A stretch of DNA of 64,000 bases from Candidatus Limnocylindria bacterium (lineage in GTDB: Bacteria > Chloroflexota > Limnocylindria > P2-11E). The stretch is taken from the NCBI GenBank assembly GCA_038207785.1, contig JBBQZK010000005.1:318-64317 (forward strand). The letters run 5' to 3'. This document shows, in pieces, positions 8,357 to 17,272 of the stretch. The notes beneath the pieces were generated by a model, which was not told the origin of the DNA, did no database searches, and saw only the letters and a list, made by a program, of their open reading frames with translations. How positions within the stretch are numbered: the stretch's first letter is position 1; each line of letters starts with the position of its first letter. The translations under genes were made by a program, and so were the position numbers.

Positions 8357-10498
8357 CTAGAACGGGATCGTGCGGACCAGCGTGCTCTTCATCCCCAGCG
8401 TCGTGCGCAGGAACCGATCGCCCTTGAGGTCGACATGCGCGTCCGTACCGCGCACGCGGACCGAGATCGGCCTGCCGCCGGGGCTCATGTTGAACTCCAG
8501 CGAGACGAAGTCGCCGATATCGATGCCGTAGTCCTCGATGATCTGCTCGCGGATCACGGCGCCGCTGAACGAACGCGACCATAGCGTGTGGGGCATCGGT
8601 CCGCGTGCGTCGGACGCGGCGGTCTCGGCCGGGTCGGTCGCGACCGCGAGGTAGGGCCAGCCGTCCTGGCACTGCCACGTCGTGCCCACGCGCTCCGCCT
8701 CAAGGACGCAGCCGACGTTCTCGGTGATCCCGCCATCCGCGGATGAGTAGAGGGCGCGGATCGGAGCGCCGCTGTAGGTGAGGATCAGGCCGGCGGTCGA
8801 GGCCACCGCACCGGTCGTGCGCGGGCTCTCGGCCGTGCGCCCGCCATAGCACTGGTCTGCCGTGTCATCGCGCACGTCCCACGTCCGGTCGCCCGCGGTC
8901 GCCTGCCGCCACGCCGCGTACGTGCGCGCGGTGATGGCCTGCGCGCGGAGGGCTTCGATCTCCCACTGGCTCGGCATCTCGCTCGGCAGCGAGCCCTGCA
9001 TGTAGTCGTCGGACGACACGTAGTTCACGACGCGCAGAGCCGACCCATCGCGTACCGCGAACATGAAGCTGCCGCGGTAGGCGAGTCCCTTCTGGTCGAT
9101 CGCGATCGGGTCCCAGGCCTGCTTCGGCATGAGCGTGAACGACTCGTCGGCGTTGAGGCGGGACGTGCGCCCGGTGTCGTCGCGCGCGTACAGAGCGTCG
9201 CCGTCGGTCCACACGCGGAGCGATTGGTCAGGCCCAAGGTCGAAGTACACGACGCTCGGATCGAGCGTGTACACGAGGCGCATCCCGCCGGCCGAGCGCA
9301 TCCCGGCAACGTCGTTGATCGACCGGCCCACGCAGCCGGTGGACGGCGCCGAGAGCAGCACCCGGAACGGCTTCGTGATCGGCTGCTTGGCAAGCTGCGC
9401 GCCCGGGAAGTACCGCGCGACGATCTGCTCGCCCGTCAGCCGCACGCCTGTTGCGCCCTGGGCCCAGCCCTGCGCGCCCCACTGCGAGAGGCCGATGCCG
9501 TGACCCCAGCCCTTCCCGTAGAACGTGATGCCGTCCTGCACGCGCACGAGCTCATGCTTCGTGGGGACGGCGTGGCCGGAGAACCACCCGACGCCTTCCT
9601 GGACCATGTCCCAGGCGAGGATGAACGTCCCCTCGGCCCGCGGCGCTCGGACCGACACGGTGAGCGTGACCTCGTCACCCGGCTGGATGTTGTGGGGAAG
9701 CAGCGCCCGCGATCCGTCCCATTGCACCGCGACGGGCGTCCCATCGAGCCAGTGATAGCCAAGGCGGACCGGCGCCGGGCCACCTGCGGGCCACGTCTGC
9801 AGACCGGTGTTGCGCACGCGTACCTCGATCGGCGCGTTGCCGCCCGGCACGATCGTCGCCGGCACGGTGCTCGCGCCGTACCCGGCGTCGAACTCCGTGG
9901 TGACGCGGAGCGCGAAGGTGCCCGCCGCGGCATCGCTCGCGGAGAACCAGGCCTGACCTTCGCGGATGAGATCGGGCCGGACCGTGTAGACACCGGTCAG
10001 TGCGGGCGCGGTGAGCTGCATCGCGACGGTCACATCGCCGCCCGGCGCGACATCGGAGGGGATCGTCGATCGCGGTCCGTCCCAGACGACCAGGGTCCCG
10101 GCGGCGTCATACAGGTGGTAGGCAAGGCGCACGGCGTGGTCGCCTGACCGGTCCCACGCATCGTTGCCCTGATTGCGCACGGTGACCGGGATCGCGCGCG
10201 TCTCGCCGGGGGCCATCGGCGCGGGCGCCGCGGCGTAGATGGCGGTCTGCCGGACGACCTTGGGATTCAGCGCTTCGGTGGTCCGGCCGTCGGTGCGCGG
10301 CTCCCCCCGGGCATAAGCGACGGCCCGGGTCGCGACGTCGGTGACGGCGACCGCGGCCTGGCCGGCGACGCTATCGGGGTGCGTGGCGGTGAGCGATGCG
10401 ACGACAGCGAGCAAGAGAGCTGCGGTCCCGAGCCGGAGGAGGAGCAGCGGTCGCCTTCCCATCGTTGATGGGAACGCGGTGCCGCCCGCCGTCGACAC
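8357..10498 (-). CDS. SpoIID/LytB-domain lytic transglycosylase-like protein with two N-terminal Ig-like (NBR1-like) repeats; start uncertain (10462 alternative)
   Basis: Two RNxG..W..RL.YH..D...WDG repeats, GWGHGIGLSQWGA, VNYV..DY..G...EM..W..EAL.AQAITARTYA. Confidence 0.8.
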   Translation of the reverse strand: MSTAGGTAFPSTMGRRPLLLLRLGTAALLLAVVASLTATHPDSVAGQAAVAVTDVATRAVAYARGEPRTDGRTTEALNPKVVRQTAIYAAAPAPMAPGETRAIPVTVRNQGNDAWDRSGDHAVRLAYHLYDAAGTLVVWDGPRSTIPSDVAPGGDVTVAMQLTAPALTGVYTVRPDLIREGQAWFSASDAAAGTFALRVTTEFDAGYGASTVPATIVPGGNAPIEVRVRNTGLQTWPAGGPAPVRLGYHWLDGTPVAVQWDGSRALLPHNIQPGDEVTLTVSVRAPRAEGTFILAWDMVQEGVGWFSGHAVPTKHELVRVQDGITFYGKGWGHGIGLSQWGAQGWAQGATGVRLTGEQIVARYFPGAQLAKQPITKPFRVLLSAPSTGCVGRSINDVAGMRSAGGMRLVYTLDPSVVYFDLGPDQSLRVWTDGDALYARDDTGRTSRLNADESFTLMPKQAWDPIAIDQKGLAYRGSFMFAVRDGSALRVVNYVSSDDYMQGSLPSEMPSQWEIEALRAQAITARTYAAWRQATAGDRTWDVRDDTADQCYGGRTAESPRTTGAVASTAGLILTYSGAPIRALYSSADGGITENVGCVLEAERVGTTWQCQDGWPYLAVATDPAETAASDARGPMPHTLWSRSFSGAVIREQIIEDYGIDIGDFVSLEFNMSPGGRPISVRVRGTDAHVDLKGDRFLRTTLGMKSTLVRTIPF

Positions 10499-10653
10499 GC
10501 GTTTCCCCGCCCGCTGATCCGGTCATGATCCAACTGGTGTGTGATCACCGACCGATCGAGGCTCTGCTTGAACGGCGACCCAACCGACGAGCAGGCAGAC
10601 CCATGGGCCTGCGACATGCTCTCCATACCTACCGGCATCACAAGGAGGATCAC

Positions 10654-11067
10654 GTGAAAGTCAATGAGCTCATGACCCGCGACCCTGCGACGTTGCGGCC
10701 CGGCTCCACGGCGACCGAGGCGGCCGCGCTCATGAAGAGCAAAGATTGCGGTTCCCTGCCGATCGTGGAGGGCGGCAAGCTCGTCGGGATCGTCACCGAT
10801 CGCGACATCGTCCTGCGCGTGGTCGCAGCGAAGAAGGACCCGGCCACGGTCAAGATCTCCGAGATCATGACCAAGGATCCGGCCACCGTCGGTCCCGAGG
10901 CGACCGCATCCGAGGCGTCGAAGCTGATGTCCGACAAGCAGGTCCGGCGGCTGCCCGTGGTCGAGAACGCAAAGCTCGTCGGGATGCTGGTCATCGGCCA
11001 GCTGGCGCGCCATGAATCGAACAGTGCCGCGGGCGACACGTTGAAGGATGTAAGCCAGAAGCGTTAG
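10654..11067 (+). CDS. Tandem CBS-domain protein
   Basis: SD AAGGAGG before the GTG at 10654. Contains LPIVEGGKLVGIVTDRDI and RRLPVVENAKLVG. Confidence 0.9.
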   Translation: MKVNELMTRDPATLRPGSTATEAAALMKSKDCGSLPIVEGGKLVGIVTDRDIVLRVVAAKKDPATVKISEIMTKDPATVGPEATASEASKLMSDKQVRRLPVVENAKLVGMLVIGQLARHESNSAAGDTLKDVSQKR

Positions 11068-11917
11068 TGCCCTCGCGCTCCCGGCACGCGCAGCTTCGGG
11101 AACTTCGCTCGCAGATCCGTCGCACCGACCTGTGAGATCGCCTCGGGCTCGGCGAGCCCCGCGAGGGTGTAGCGCCCGAGCGCTTTGAAGGTGATCCCGT
11201 CCGCGCGCGGGAGTCGAGCGCGTCGCGGGCCGCGGTCGAGAGGAGGATCTGGCCGCCGTGCCCCGCGGAACAGACGCGCGAGGCGGTGTGCACGCCGATC
11301 CCGACGTAGCCGGTCTCGGACAGGGCCGTCCGTCCGGTGTGGATGCCGATGCGGACGCAGACCTCGACACCGTCCGGCCAGGCCCGCGACTGCAGCCCGC
11401 GCTGGATGGCCAGCGCGGCATCCAGCGCCTGAGTCGGCTTCCGGAATGCGGCGAAAAACTCGTCTGCCCGCGCATCGACCTCGTGGCCACCCGCCTTCCG
11501 CACCCCGGCGCGGATGAGCGTGCGCACCTCGCGAAGCAGCTTCGCGTACCGGTCGCCGAGCGCGCGGAGCAGCGTGGTCGATCCCTCCATGTCGGTCATC
11601 AGGAAGGTCACGGTGCCACGCGGGAGGCCTGCGACATCCGTTGCGCGGCCCCGGGTTTCGGCTTGCAGCCGCTCCTTCCGCAGCTGCCCGTCGAAGAAGC
11701 CGATCGGCACGATGCCGTAGCGCTTTGCCGCCGCGAGGAGCCGCTGGCGGGCTTTCTCTCTCGCGGCATCGTCTTCGAAGACCGTCTGATCGAAGCGCGA
11801 CAGCGCATTCCGGACGTGCGAGGCGTCGTGGATCGGCAGGCGCCGACGGCCCGCCGCGTCGACGTACGCGAACGCCGTCGCCGGGAGCTTCGCGCGGTCG
11901 GTGGAGCTAAGTGGCAT
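11064..11917 (-). pseudogene. DUF6582-like domain fused to a class III nucleotide cyclase domain; frameshift at about 11202-11209 (real or assembly error)
   Basis: TFLMTDMEGST, RIGIHTG, VHTASRV, GGQILLS. The family-like tail DGITFKALGRYTLAGLAEPE..FPKLR continues in another frame to TAA at 11064. Confidence 0.7.
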
Positions 11918-12000
11918 CTCTCGATTATTGGCCGTTCCGCCGGCCGTGGGGTCGTATGCTCGCGCCGCCCGGCGCCGCGCCGAGGCCGACGGAGGATGCC

Positions 12001-12396
12001 GTGAACTGGGTTGCGATCATCGTCGCGATGGTGGTGAACATGATCATCGGCTCATTGTGGTTCTCACCGCTGCTGTTCCAGAAGCCCTGGACGGCCATGC
12101 GGGTCGACAAGACCCCGATGAGCGGCGTGGCGAGCCCGATGCTCTATGTGATCACGGCCGTCGGGGCGCTCGTGAGCGCGATCACGCTCGACTGGATCAT
12201 CGGCCTGGCCGGCGCGCGCTCGCTCCTGGGTGGCGCGATCATCGGCCTGTACGCGGGCCTCGGGTTCGTCGCTCCGGCGATCCTGTCGGACAACCTGTTC
12301 AACGAGCGCCCGTTCAAGCTGTACCTGATCGTCGCCGGATTCCCGGTGGTCGGGCTCCTGATAATGGGCGCGATCATCGGCGCCCTCGGGGCGTAG
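12001..12396 (+). CDS. DUF1761-family membrane protein
   Basis: NWVAIIVA...IGSLWFSPLLFQKPW with four TM segments. Confidence 0.75.
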   Translation: MNWVAIIVAMVVNMIIGSLWFSPLLFQKPWTAMRVDKTPMSGVASPMLYVITAVGALVSAITLDWIIGLAGARSLLGGAIIGLYAGLGFVAPAILSDNLFNERPFKLYLIVAGFPVVGLLIMGAIIGALGA

Positions 12397-12431
12397 CCCA
12401 GCGACACCGCCGCGCGGCTACGCTGCCGGCG

Positions 12432-13682
12432 GTGTCAGGTCCGTCGCTCTGGCGCCACGCCGATTTCCTCAAGCTCTGGGTCGGGCAGACCATCTCGGAG
12501 CTCGGCTCCGGCGTCACCCGTACGGCGTTGCGACTCGTCGCGCTCCTGACGCTGGGCGCGGGCGCGGCCCAGATGGCGTACCTCGTGGTCGCCGCGTCCA
12601 CCGGTGTGCTGCTCGTCGGCCTTGTCGCGGGCGCGTGGGTCGACCGCCTCCCACGCCGGTCGATCCTCATCTGGACGGATGTGATCCGGGCGGGGCTGCT
12701 CTTCTCGATCCCCGTTGCAGCGGCCGCCGGCGCTCTGCGTATCGAGCACCTCTACGTCGTCGCGTTCGTCGAGGCGTGTCTCGGCACGCTGTTCGACTCC
12801 GCGTATCACTCGTACCTGCCGTCCCTTGTGGGGGTGGACCGCCTGGTGGAGGGGAACGCGAAGCTTTCGCTGAGCTCGTCCGTGGCCGAGGTCGGCGGCC
12901 CGGGCCTCGCCGGAGCGCTCGTGCAGGTGGTGAGCGCGCCGTTCGCCATCCTTGTCGATGCGGTCTCGTACGTCGTGTCGGCGGTCTCCCTCATCTTCGT
13001 CCGCGCACGCGAGGCACCGCGTACGCGTGCGCTACGACAGGGCATCGGCCGGGAGATCGCGGAGGGCCTGCGGTTCGTCCGGCGCCATACCCTGGTCTTC
13101 CCGATCGCAGCGAGCTCGGTGTCCGAGCACTTCTTCGGCTCGTTCTACGCCGCGCTCTATGGCCTCTATCTTCTGGACGTCCTCCGCCTGACGCCACTGC
13201 TGCTCGGCCTCGTGATCTCGGCTGGCGGTGTCGGTGCGTTCATCGGCGCCTCGTTCGCGGGCAGGGTCATCCGGCGGCTCGGCATCGGACGTTCGATCCT
13301 CGTCATGATGCTGGCGAACTCGGCCATCGGCGTGCTCACGCCGCTGGCCGCCGGACCGATCGCGGTCGCGACGCTCATGGTCTTTCTGCCGCAGCTCATC
13401 GGCGACGGCATGAACACGATCCAATGGATCGCCCAGGACAGCGTGGTCCAGAGCGCGGTGCCCGATCGTGTGCTCGGTCGCGTCAGCGCCACGCTCGACG
13501 TGCTGTCACATGGTGCTGCACCGCTCGGCGCGCTGGTGGCCGCGGCGATCGCTGAGACGTACGGCGTGCGCTCGGCGATCGGTGTCGCCTGGATCGGTGG
13601 CCTCGCCTCGGTGCTGTTCATCGTCTTCTCGCCGCTCCCGCGGCTGCGATCGATCGACGCCGACGCCGGGACCGCCGTTTAG
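12432..13682 (+). CDS. MFS transporter
   Basis: LWRHADFLKLWVGQTISELG, GAWVDRLPRR, 12 TM segments. GTG at 12432 with TACGCT 7 nt upstream. Confidence 0.9.
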   Translation: MSGPSLWRHADFLKLWVGQTISELGSGVTRTALRLVALLTLGAGAAQMAYLVVAASTGVLLVGLVAGAWVDRLPRRSILIWTDVIRAGLLFSIPVAAAAGALRIEHLYVVAFVEACLGTLFDSAYHSYLPSLVGVDRLVEGNAKLSLSSSVAEVGGPGLAGALVQVVSAPFAILVDAVSYVVSAVSLIFVRAREAPRTRALRQGIGREIAEGLRFVRRHTLVFPIAASSVSEHFFGSFYAALYGLYLLDVLRLTPLLLGLVISAGGVGAFIGASFAGRVIRRLGIGRSILVMMLANSAIGVLTPLAAGPIAVATLMVFLPQLIGDGMNTIQWIAQDSVVQSAVPDRVLGRVSATLDVLSHGAAPLGALVAAAIAETYGVRSAIGVAWIGGLASVLFIVFSPLPRLRSIDADAGTAV

Positions 13683-13900
13683 CTTGCGGGCGCGACGAAC
13701 CGGATGCTGAGCATCGTGCGGCAGCGGGGGCAGTTGAGCGTGGCGAGGGACGATTCCCGCTGGCCGAGAGCCGGGACGAACTTCAGGCCGTCGGCGTCCG
13801 AGACGTGCCGGTTGCATTCCGGACAGCGAAGCTCGCCGCGGTCCAGCTCCGCGTGGGTCGCCTGCAGATCAGCAAAGCCAACTCGTTTCTTGCGCCCCAT
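13679..13900 (-). CDS. Small zinc-ribbon protein (CPEC...CPRC)
   Basis: SD GAGG before the ATG at 13900. Two CxxC motifs in 73 aa. Confidence 0.7.
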   Translation of the reverse strand: MGRKKRVGFADLQATHAELDRGELRCPECNRHVSDADGLKFVPALGQRESSLATLNCPRCRTMLSIRFVAPAS

Positions 13901-14154
13901 GTCCTCGCTCCGATCACGTTCCGATTCGCGTGGATGATGCGACCACCTGGAGGCTGGCCGATGACGAATTCCACCCGTAGCCACCGCGCGCATGCCAGGT
14001 GACGTTTCGCGCGCACGCGACCGCGTGTAGGTAATGCTACCGCGTGTCCTGACGTTAGTTTGGCGTCGGCACGCCAATGGGGGCGGGGTCGTTCAATAGG
14101 CCGCTCCTCACGCCGCGAGGAGCCCCAGCGGGGCAGACCCGATGACGCTTTCGG

Positions 14155-15048
14155 CTAGCGGCGCATCTCCTCCAGGTATCGCAGGCTGCGCATTGCGTCA
14201 TCACGCGCGGTCCCAGGCGGGTCATCGGCACGGGACACGCGATCCTGTTCGACGACGAACCATCCGTCGTATTGCGGGCCTATGGCTGCGAAGACACCAC
14301 TGAAGTCGATATCTCCGGCGCCAAGCGGGGCGAAGGCGCCCTGGGCGACGGCAGCGGCGAACGAGCTGCGGGACGCGCGCGTTCGCTCGAGCACAGCTTG
14401 TCGCGCGTCCTTCAGATGCACGTGAGCGATGCGCGCCGCGTGCCGCCGCGCTACGTCGGCGGGATCGCCGCCGCCATACGCCACGTGACCTGTATCGAGG
14501 CACAGCCGGACCAGTGACGGATCGGTCCGCCCGAGCATGGTGTCGATCTCCCCTGGGGTTTCGACGTACGTCGCTCCGTGCGGATGGAACGCCGTCACGA
14601 GACCCCGGGCGAGCGCCCGGCGGGCGACCTCGTTCGCGCCCTCCGCGAAGACGCTCCACTGATCCTGCGTGAGGCCGGCGCTCCCGTCCTGCGGCACGCG
14701 TCCGGCGGTGGCCTGGCGCCGCTGGTCGCCGGCATCCGCGAGGACCAGGATCGTGGCCCCGCTGTTCGCGAGCAGATCGATCAGCGTGTCGGCCGCGGCG
14801 ATCGCGCTTCCGCGCAGGGCCGGATCGTGAAGCGTGAGCGGACAGAAGGCGCCGACGAGCTCGAGGTCGTGCCGAGCGAGCGAGCGGCGCAGTTCGGCGG
14901 GATCCTCAGGGAGATACCCGAGGGGACCGAGCTCGACGCCGCGGTATCCACAGGTGGCGACTTGGGTGAGAAATGTTTCGGGGGCCGGCTGCAGACCGCC
15001 GGTCGCCTCGCTGACGCCCCAGCTGACCGGCGCGTTCGCGATCCTCAC
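14155..15048 (-). CDS. Sugar-phosphate isomerase/epimerase TIM barrel, IolE (inosose dehydratase)-like
   Basis: ANAPVSWG, GVELGPLG, FHPHGATYVET, CLDTGH, HVHLKD, VVEQD. GTGA-coupled to the upstream gene. Confidence 0.8.
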   Translation of the reverse strand: MRIANAPVSWGVSEATGGLQPAPETFLTQVATCGYRGVELGPLGYLPEDPAELRRSLARHDLELVGAFCPLTLHDPALRGSAIAAADTLIDLLANSGATILVLADAGDQRRQATAGRVPQDGSAGLTQDQWSVFAEGANEVARRALARGLVTAFHPHGATYVETPGEIDTMLGRTDPSLVRLCLDTGHVAYGGGDPADVARRHAARIAHVHLKDARQAVLERTRASRSSFAAAVAQGAFAPLGAGDIDFSGVFAAIGPQYDGWFVVEQDRVSRADDPPGTARDDAMRSLRYLEEMRR

Positions 15049-16250
15049 GCGCCCGCAGTCGTGGGGACCGCGGCATCGGGATCGATCGCGGCAGCCACCT
15101 CGGACACGGCCGCGTCGTAGGCAAAGGCCCGTGCCAAGCCCGGAGGAACGCGCAATGTGACGCGCGCTCCCACGGCGAGCCGGTGATCGTGCTCGAGGCG
15201 CAGCCTCCACTGGGTGTGGTCGTCCAGCTCGACGTTGTATTCGGTCCGATCGCCGAGGAAGGCCGCGCGCACGACCCGCGCTTCGATCACACCAGGATCC
15301 TCTGCAGTCGTGCCCTCCGCGATCCGGATGTCCTCGGGCCGGACGAACACGATGGCCTCTGCGCCTGCCGTCGGCGGGTTCGTGCCGATGGAGCAGACGA
15401 GCCGACCGCGGCCGCTTTGCACGCTCGCGCGCCCATCCTCAAGTGACACACACTGGCCGACGAGGCGGTTCGGGTTTCCAACGAACGCCGCCACGAATGC
15501 GGTCCGCGGCGTCGCGTAGACCTCGGTCGGCGTGCCGATCTGATGGACGACACCACCCTCCATGACCGCGATGCGGTCCGACAGACTGAGCGCCTCCTCT
15601 TGGTCATGGGTGACGTAGATGGCGGTGAATCCGAGGCGCGCCTTCAAAGACGCGATCTCCTCGCGCATCTCCAGGCGCAGCTTGGCGTCGAGATTGGAGA
15701 GTGGCTCGTCGAAGAGGACCACTGCCGGCTGATAGACCACCGCGCGCGCGAGGCCGACCCGCTGCTGCTGGCCGCCGGAGAGCTCGCGAGGGAAGCGATC
15801 CTGCAGACCCTTCAGCCCGACCATCGTCACGGTCTCCATCGCGCGGCGATTGCGCTCGGCGCGAGCAATGCCGCGGACGCGCAACGGATAGGCCACGTTG
15901 TCCAACACGCTGAGATGTGGAAACAGCGCGAAGTTCTGGAACACCAGGCCGATGTTGCGCTTGTGGGTCGGCACGTCCGTCACGTTCTGTCCGCCGATCC
16001 AGACCTCGCCCGCGTCCGGTCGCAGGCCGCCGGTGATACAGCGGAGGGCGGTGGTCTTGCCGCAGCCGCTCGGGCCGAGGAGGGTGACGAGCTCTCCGCG
16101 CCGGACGACGAGGTCGATGCCTCGGCACGCCACGAAGGTGCCGAACCGCTTGACCAAGCCGCGGAGCTCGATCATCGCGGCCGCTGCGGGCTCATCCGTC
16201 GAATGCGCCGTTGTGACTGGTCGGCTCGGCAGGCCGGCGTCGCGGGTCAC
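15045..16250 (-). CDS. ABC transporter ATP-binding subunit (PotA-like, TOBE)
   Basis: GPSGCGKTT, LSGGQQQR, LFDEPLSNLD, YVTHDQEEA. Confidence 0.92.
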   Translation of the reverse strand: MTRDAGLPSRPVTTAHSTDEPAAAAMIELRGLVKRFGTFVACRGIDLVVRRGELVTLLGPSGCGKTTALRCITGGLRPDAGEVWIGGQNVTDVPTHKRNIGLVFQNFALFPHLSVLDNVAYPLRVRGIARAERNRRAMETVTMVGLKGLQDRFPRELSGGQQQRVGLARAVVYQPAVVLFDEPLSNLDAKLRLEMREEIASLKARLGFTAIYVTHDQEEALSLSDRIAVMEGGVVHQIGTPTEVYATPRTAFVAAFVGNPNRLVGQCVSLEDGRASVQSGRGRLVCSIGTNPPTAGAEAIVFVRPEDIRIAEGTTAEDPGVIEARVVRAAFLGDRTEYNVELDDHTQWRLRLEHDHRLAVGARVTLRVPPGLARAFAYDAAVSEVAAAIDPDAAVPTTAGA

Positions 16251-17260
16251 TTCGCACCCACTTTCACGGTGCGCAGGTCGCGGCGTGACGCGGTGGCTGC
16301 CTCGCAGAGGACCAGGGCGGCCAATGCGTCCGCGCCTGTGACGGCCACCGGCCGGTCGTCCCGGACCGCGCTCGCAAAGTCGTCCAGCTCGAGTGCATAC
16401 GCGAGCGGGTAGCGCTCGGTGAAGTCCGTGACGTAATCGACGGCGGCCTGTCCGGGCGTCAACCACTCCACGTGAGCGCGACGGTGGTTACCGATCCGAG
16501 CGGTGGCGAGCGAGCCCATGACCTCGGTCGAGCATTCGTAGCCGTAGCCGGCTGCTCGGCTGTTATCGATGACGCCGACGGCCCCAGCGGCGAAGCGCAC
16601 GGTGACGACTGCCGTGTCGATGTCGCCGATCGACCGCGCCGCCTCGGAGACAGCCGCGCCGACCGCGGTCACCTCGGTGATCTCCCCGACCATCCATCGT
16701 GCCGTATCGAAGTCATGGATCGTCACGTCGGAGAAGAAGCCACCCGACGTCCTCATGTACTCGACACTGGGCGGGCGCTTGTCGCGCAACGAGGTCCTGA
16801 AGAGGTAGACCTCGCCGAGCTCACCAGCGCGGATCCGGTCGTTGGCGGCCTTCCAGTCCGGATCGAACCGGCGGTGGAAACCGACCTGCAGCTTGACGCC
16901 CGCGGTGCTCGCGGCCTCGATCGCCGCGCGCGTCGCAGCTTGATCGAATGCGATCGGCTTTTCGCAGAAGATGTGCTTCCCGGCCGCGGCGGCCTGGATG
17001 ACCATCGGTGCGTGCATCGGGGTGGGGGTCACGATCGCCACGGCGTCTACGTCCGCGCGCCCCAGTGCATCCTCGAACGAGGTCGACCACGGCACGCCCA
17101 GCTCGTCACCCACCTGCCGGGCGACGTCTCCGATCGCGTCGACGACCATCACGAGCTCCGCTGATCGTGTTCGGTACGCGAGGTTCTGCGCATCGAACCG
17201 CCCCATCCGGCCCAAGCCGGCGACGGCGATACGGGTCCGGCCCTTCTTGGTGTCAGTCAT
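16247..17260 (-). CDS. iolG: Inositol 2-dehydrogenase-like Gfo/Idh/MocA oxidoreductase
   Basis: GLGRMG, FCEKP, GFHRRFDP, DVTIHDFDTARW. Confidence 0.75.
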   Translation of the reverse strand: MTDTKKGRTRIAVAGLGRMGRFDAQNLAYRTRSAELVMVVDAIGDVARQVGDELGVPWSTSFEDALGRADVDAVAIVTPTPMHAPMVIQAAAAGKHIFCEKPIAFDQAATRAAIEAASTAGVKLQVGFHRRFDPDWKAANDRIRAGELGEVYLFRTSLRDKRPPSVEYMRTSGGFFSDVTIHDFDTARWMVGEITEVTAVGAAVSEAARSIGDIDTAVVTVRFAAGAVGVIDNSRAAGYGYECSTEVMGSLATARIGNHRRAHVEWLTPGQAAVDYVTDFTERYPLAYALELDDFASAVRDDRPVAVTGADALAALVLCEAATASRRDLRTVKVGAK

Positions 17261-17272
17261 CGCGTCCTCCCC

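Noticed and set aside
10536-10550. TGTGATCACC as a CRP-like site
   Set aside because: It lacks the 6-bp spacer of TGTGA-N6-TCACA.
10396-10653. N-terminal extension of the CBS protein in the ORF track
   Set aside because: A strong AAGGAGG SD before the GTG at 10654 defines the start, and the extension is low-complexity and overlaps the divergent gene.
14077-14145. 22-codon ORF MGAGSFNRPLLTPRGAPAGQTR
   Set aside because: No SD or leaderless box, no compositional signal, and it overlaps hairpins.
14119-14155. Possible further tRNA-Thr scar (GGAGCC..GGGG..CCC..TGAC) marking the left end of the accessory block
   Set aside because: It needs several gaps to align and lacks the TTCGA core, so it is not distinguishable from chance by eye.
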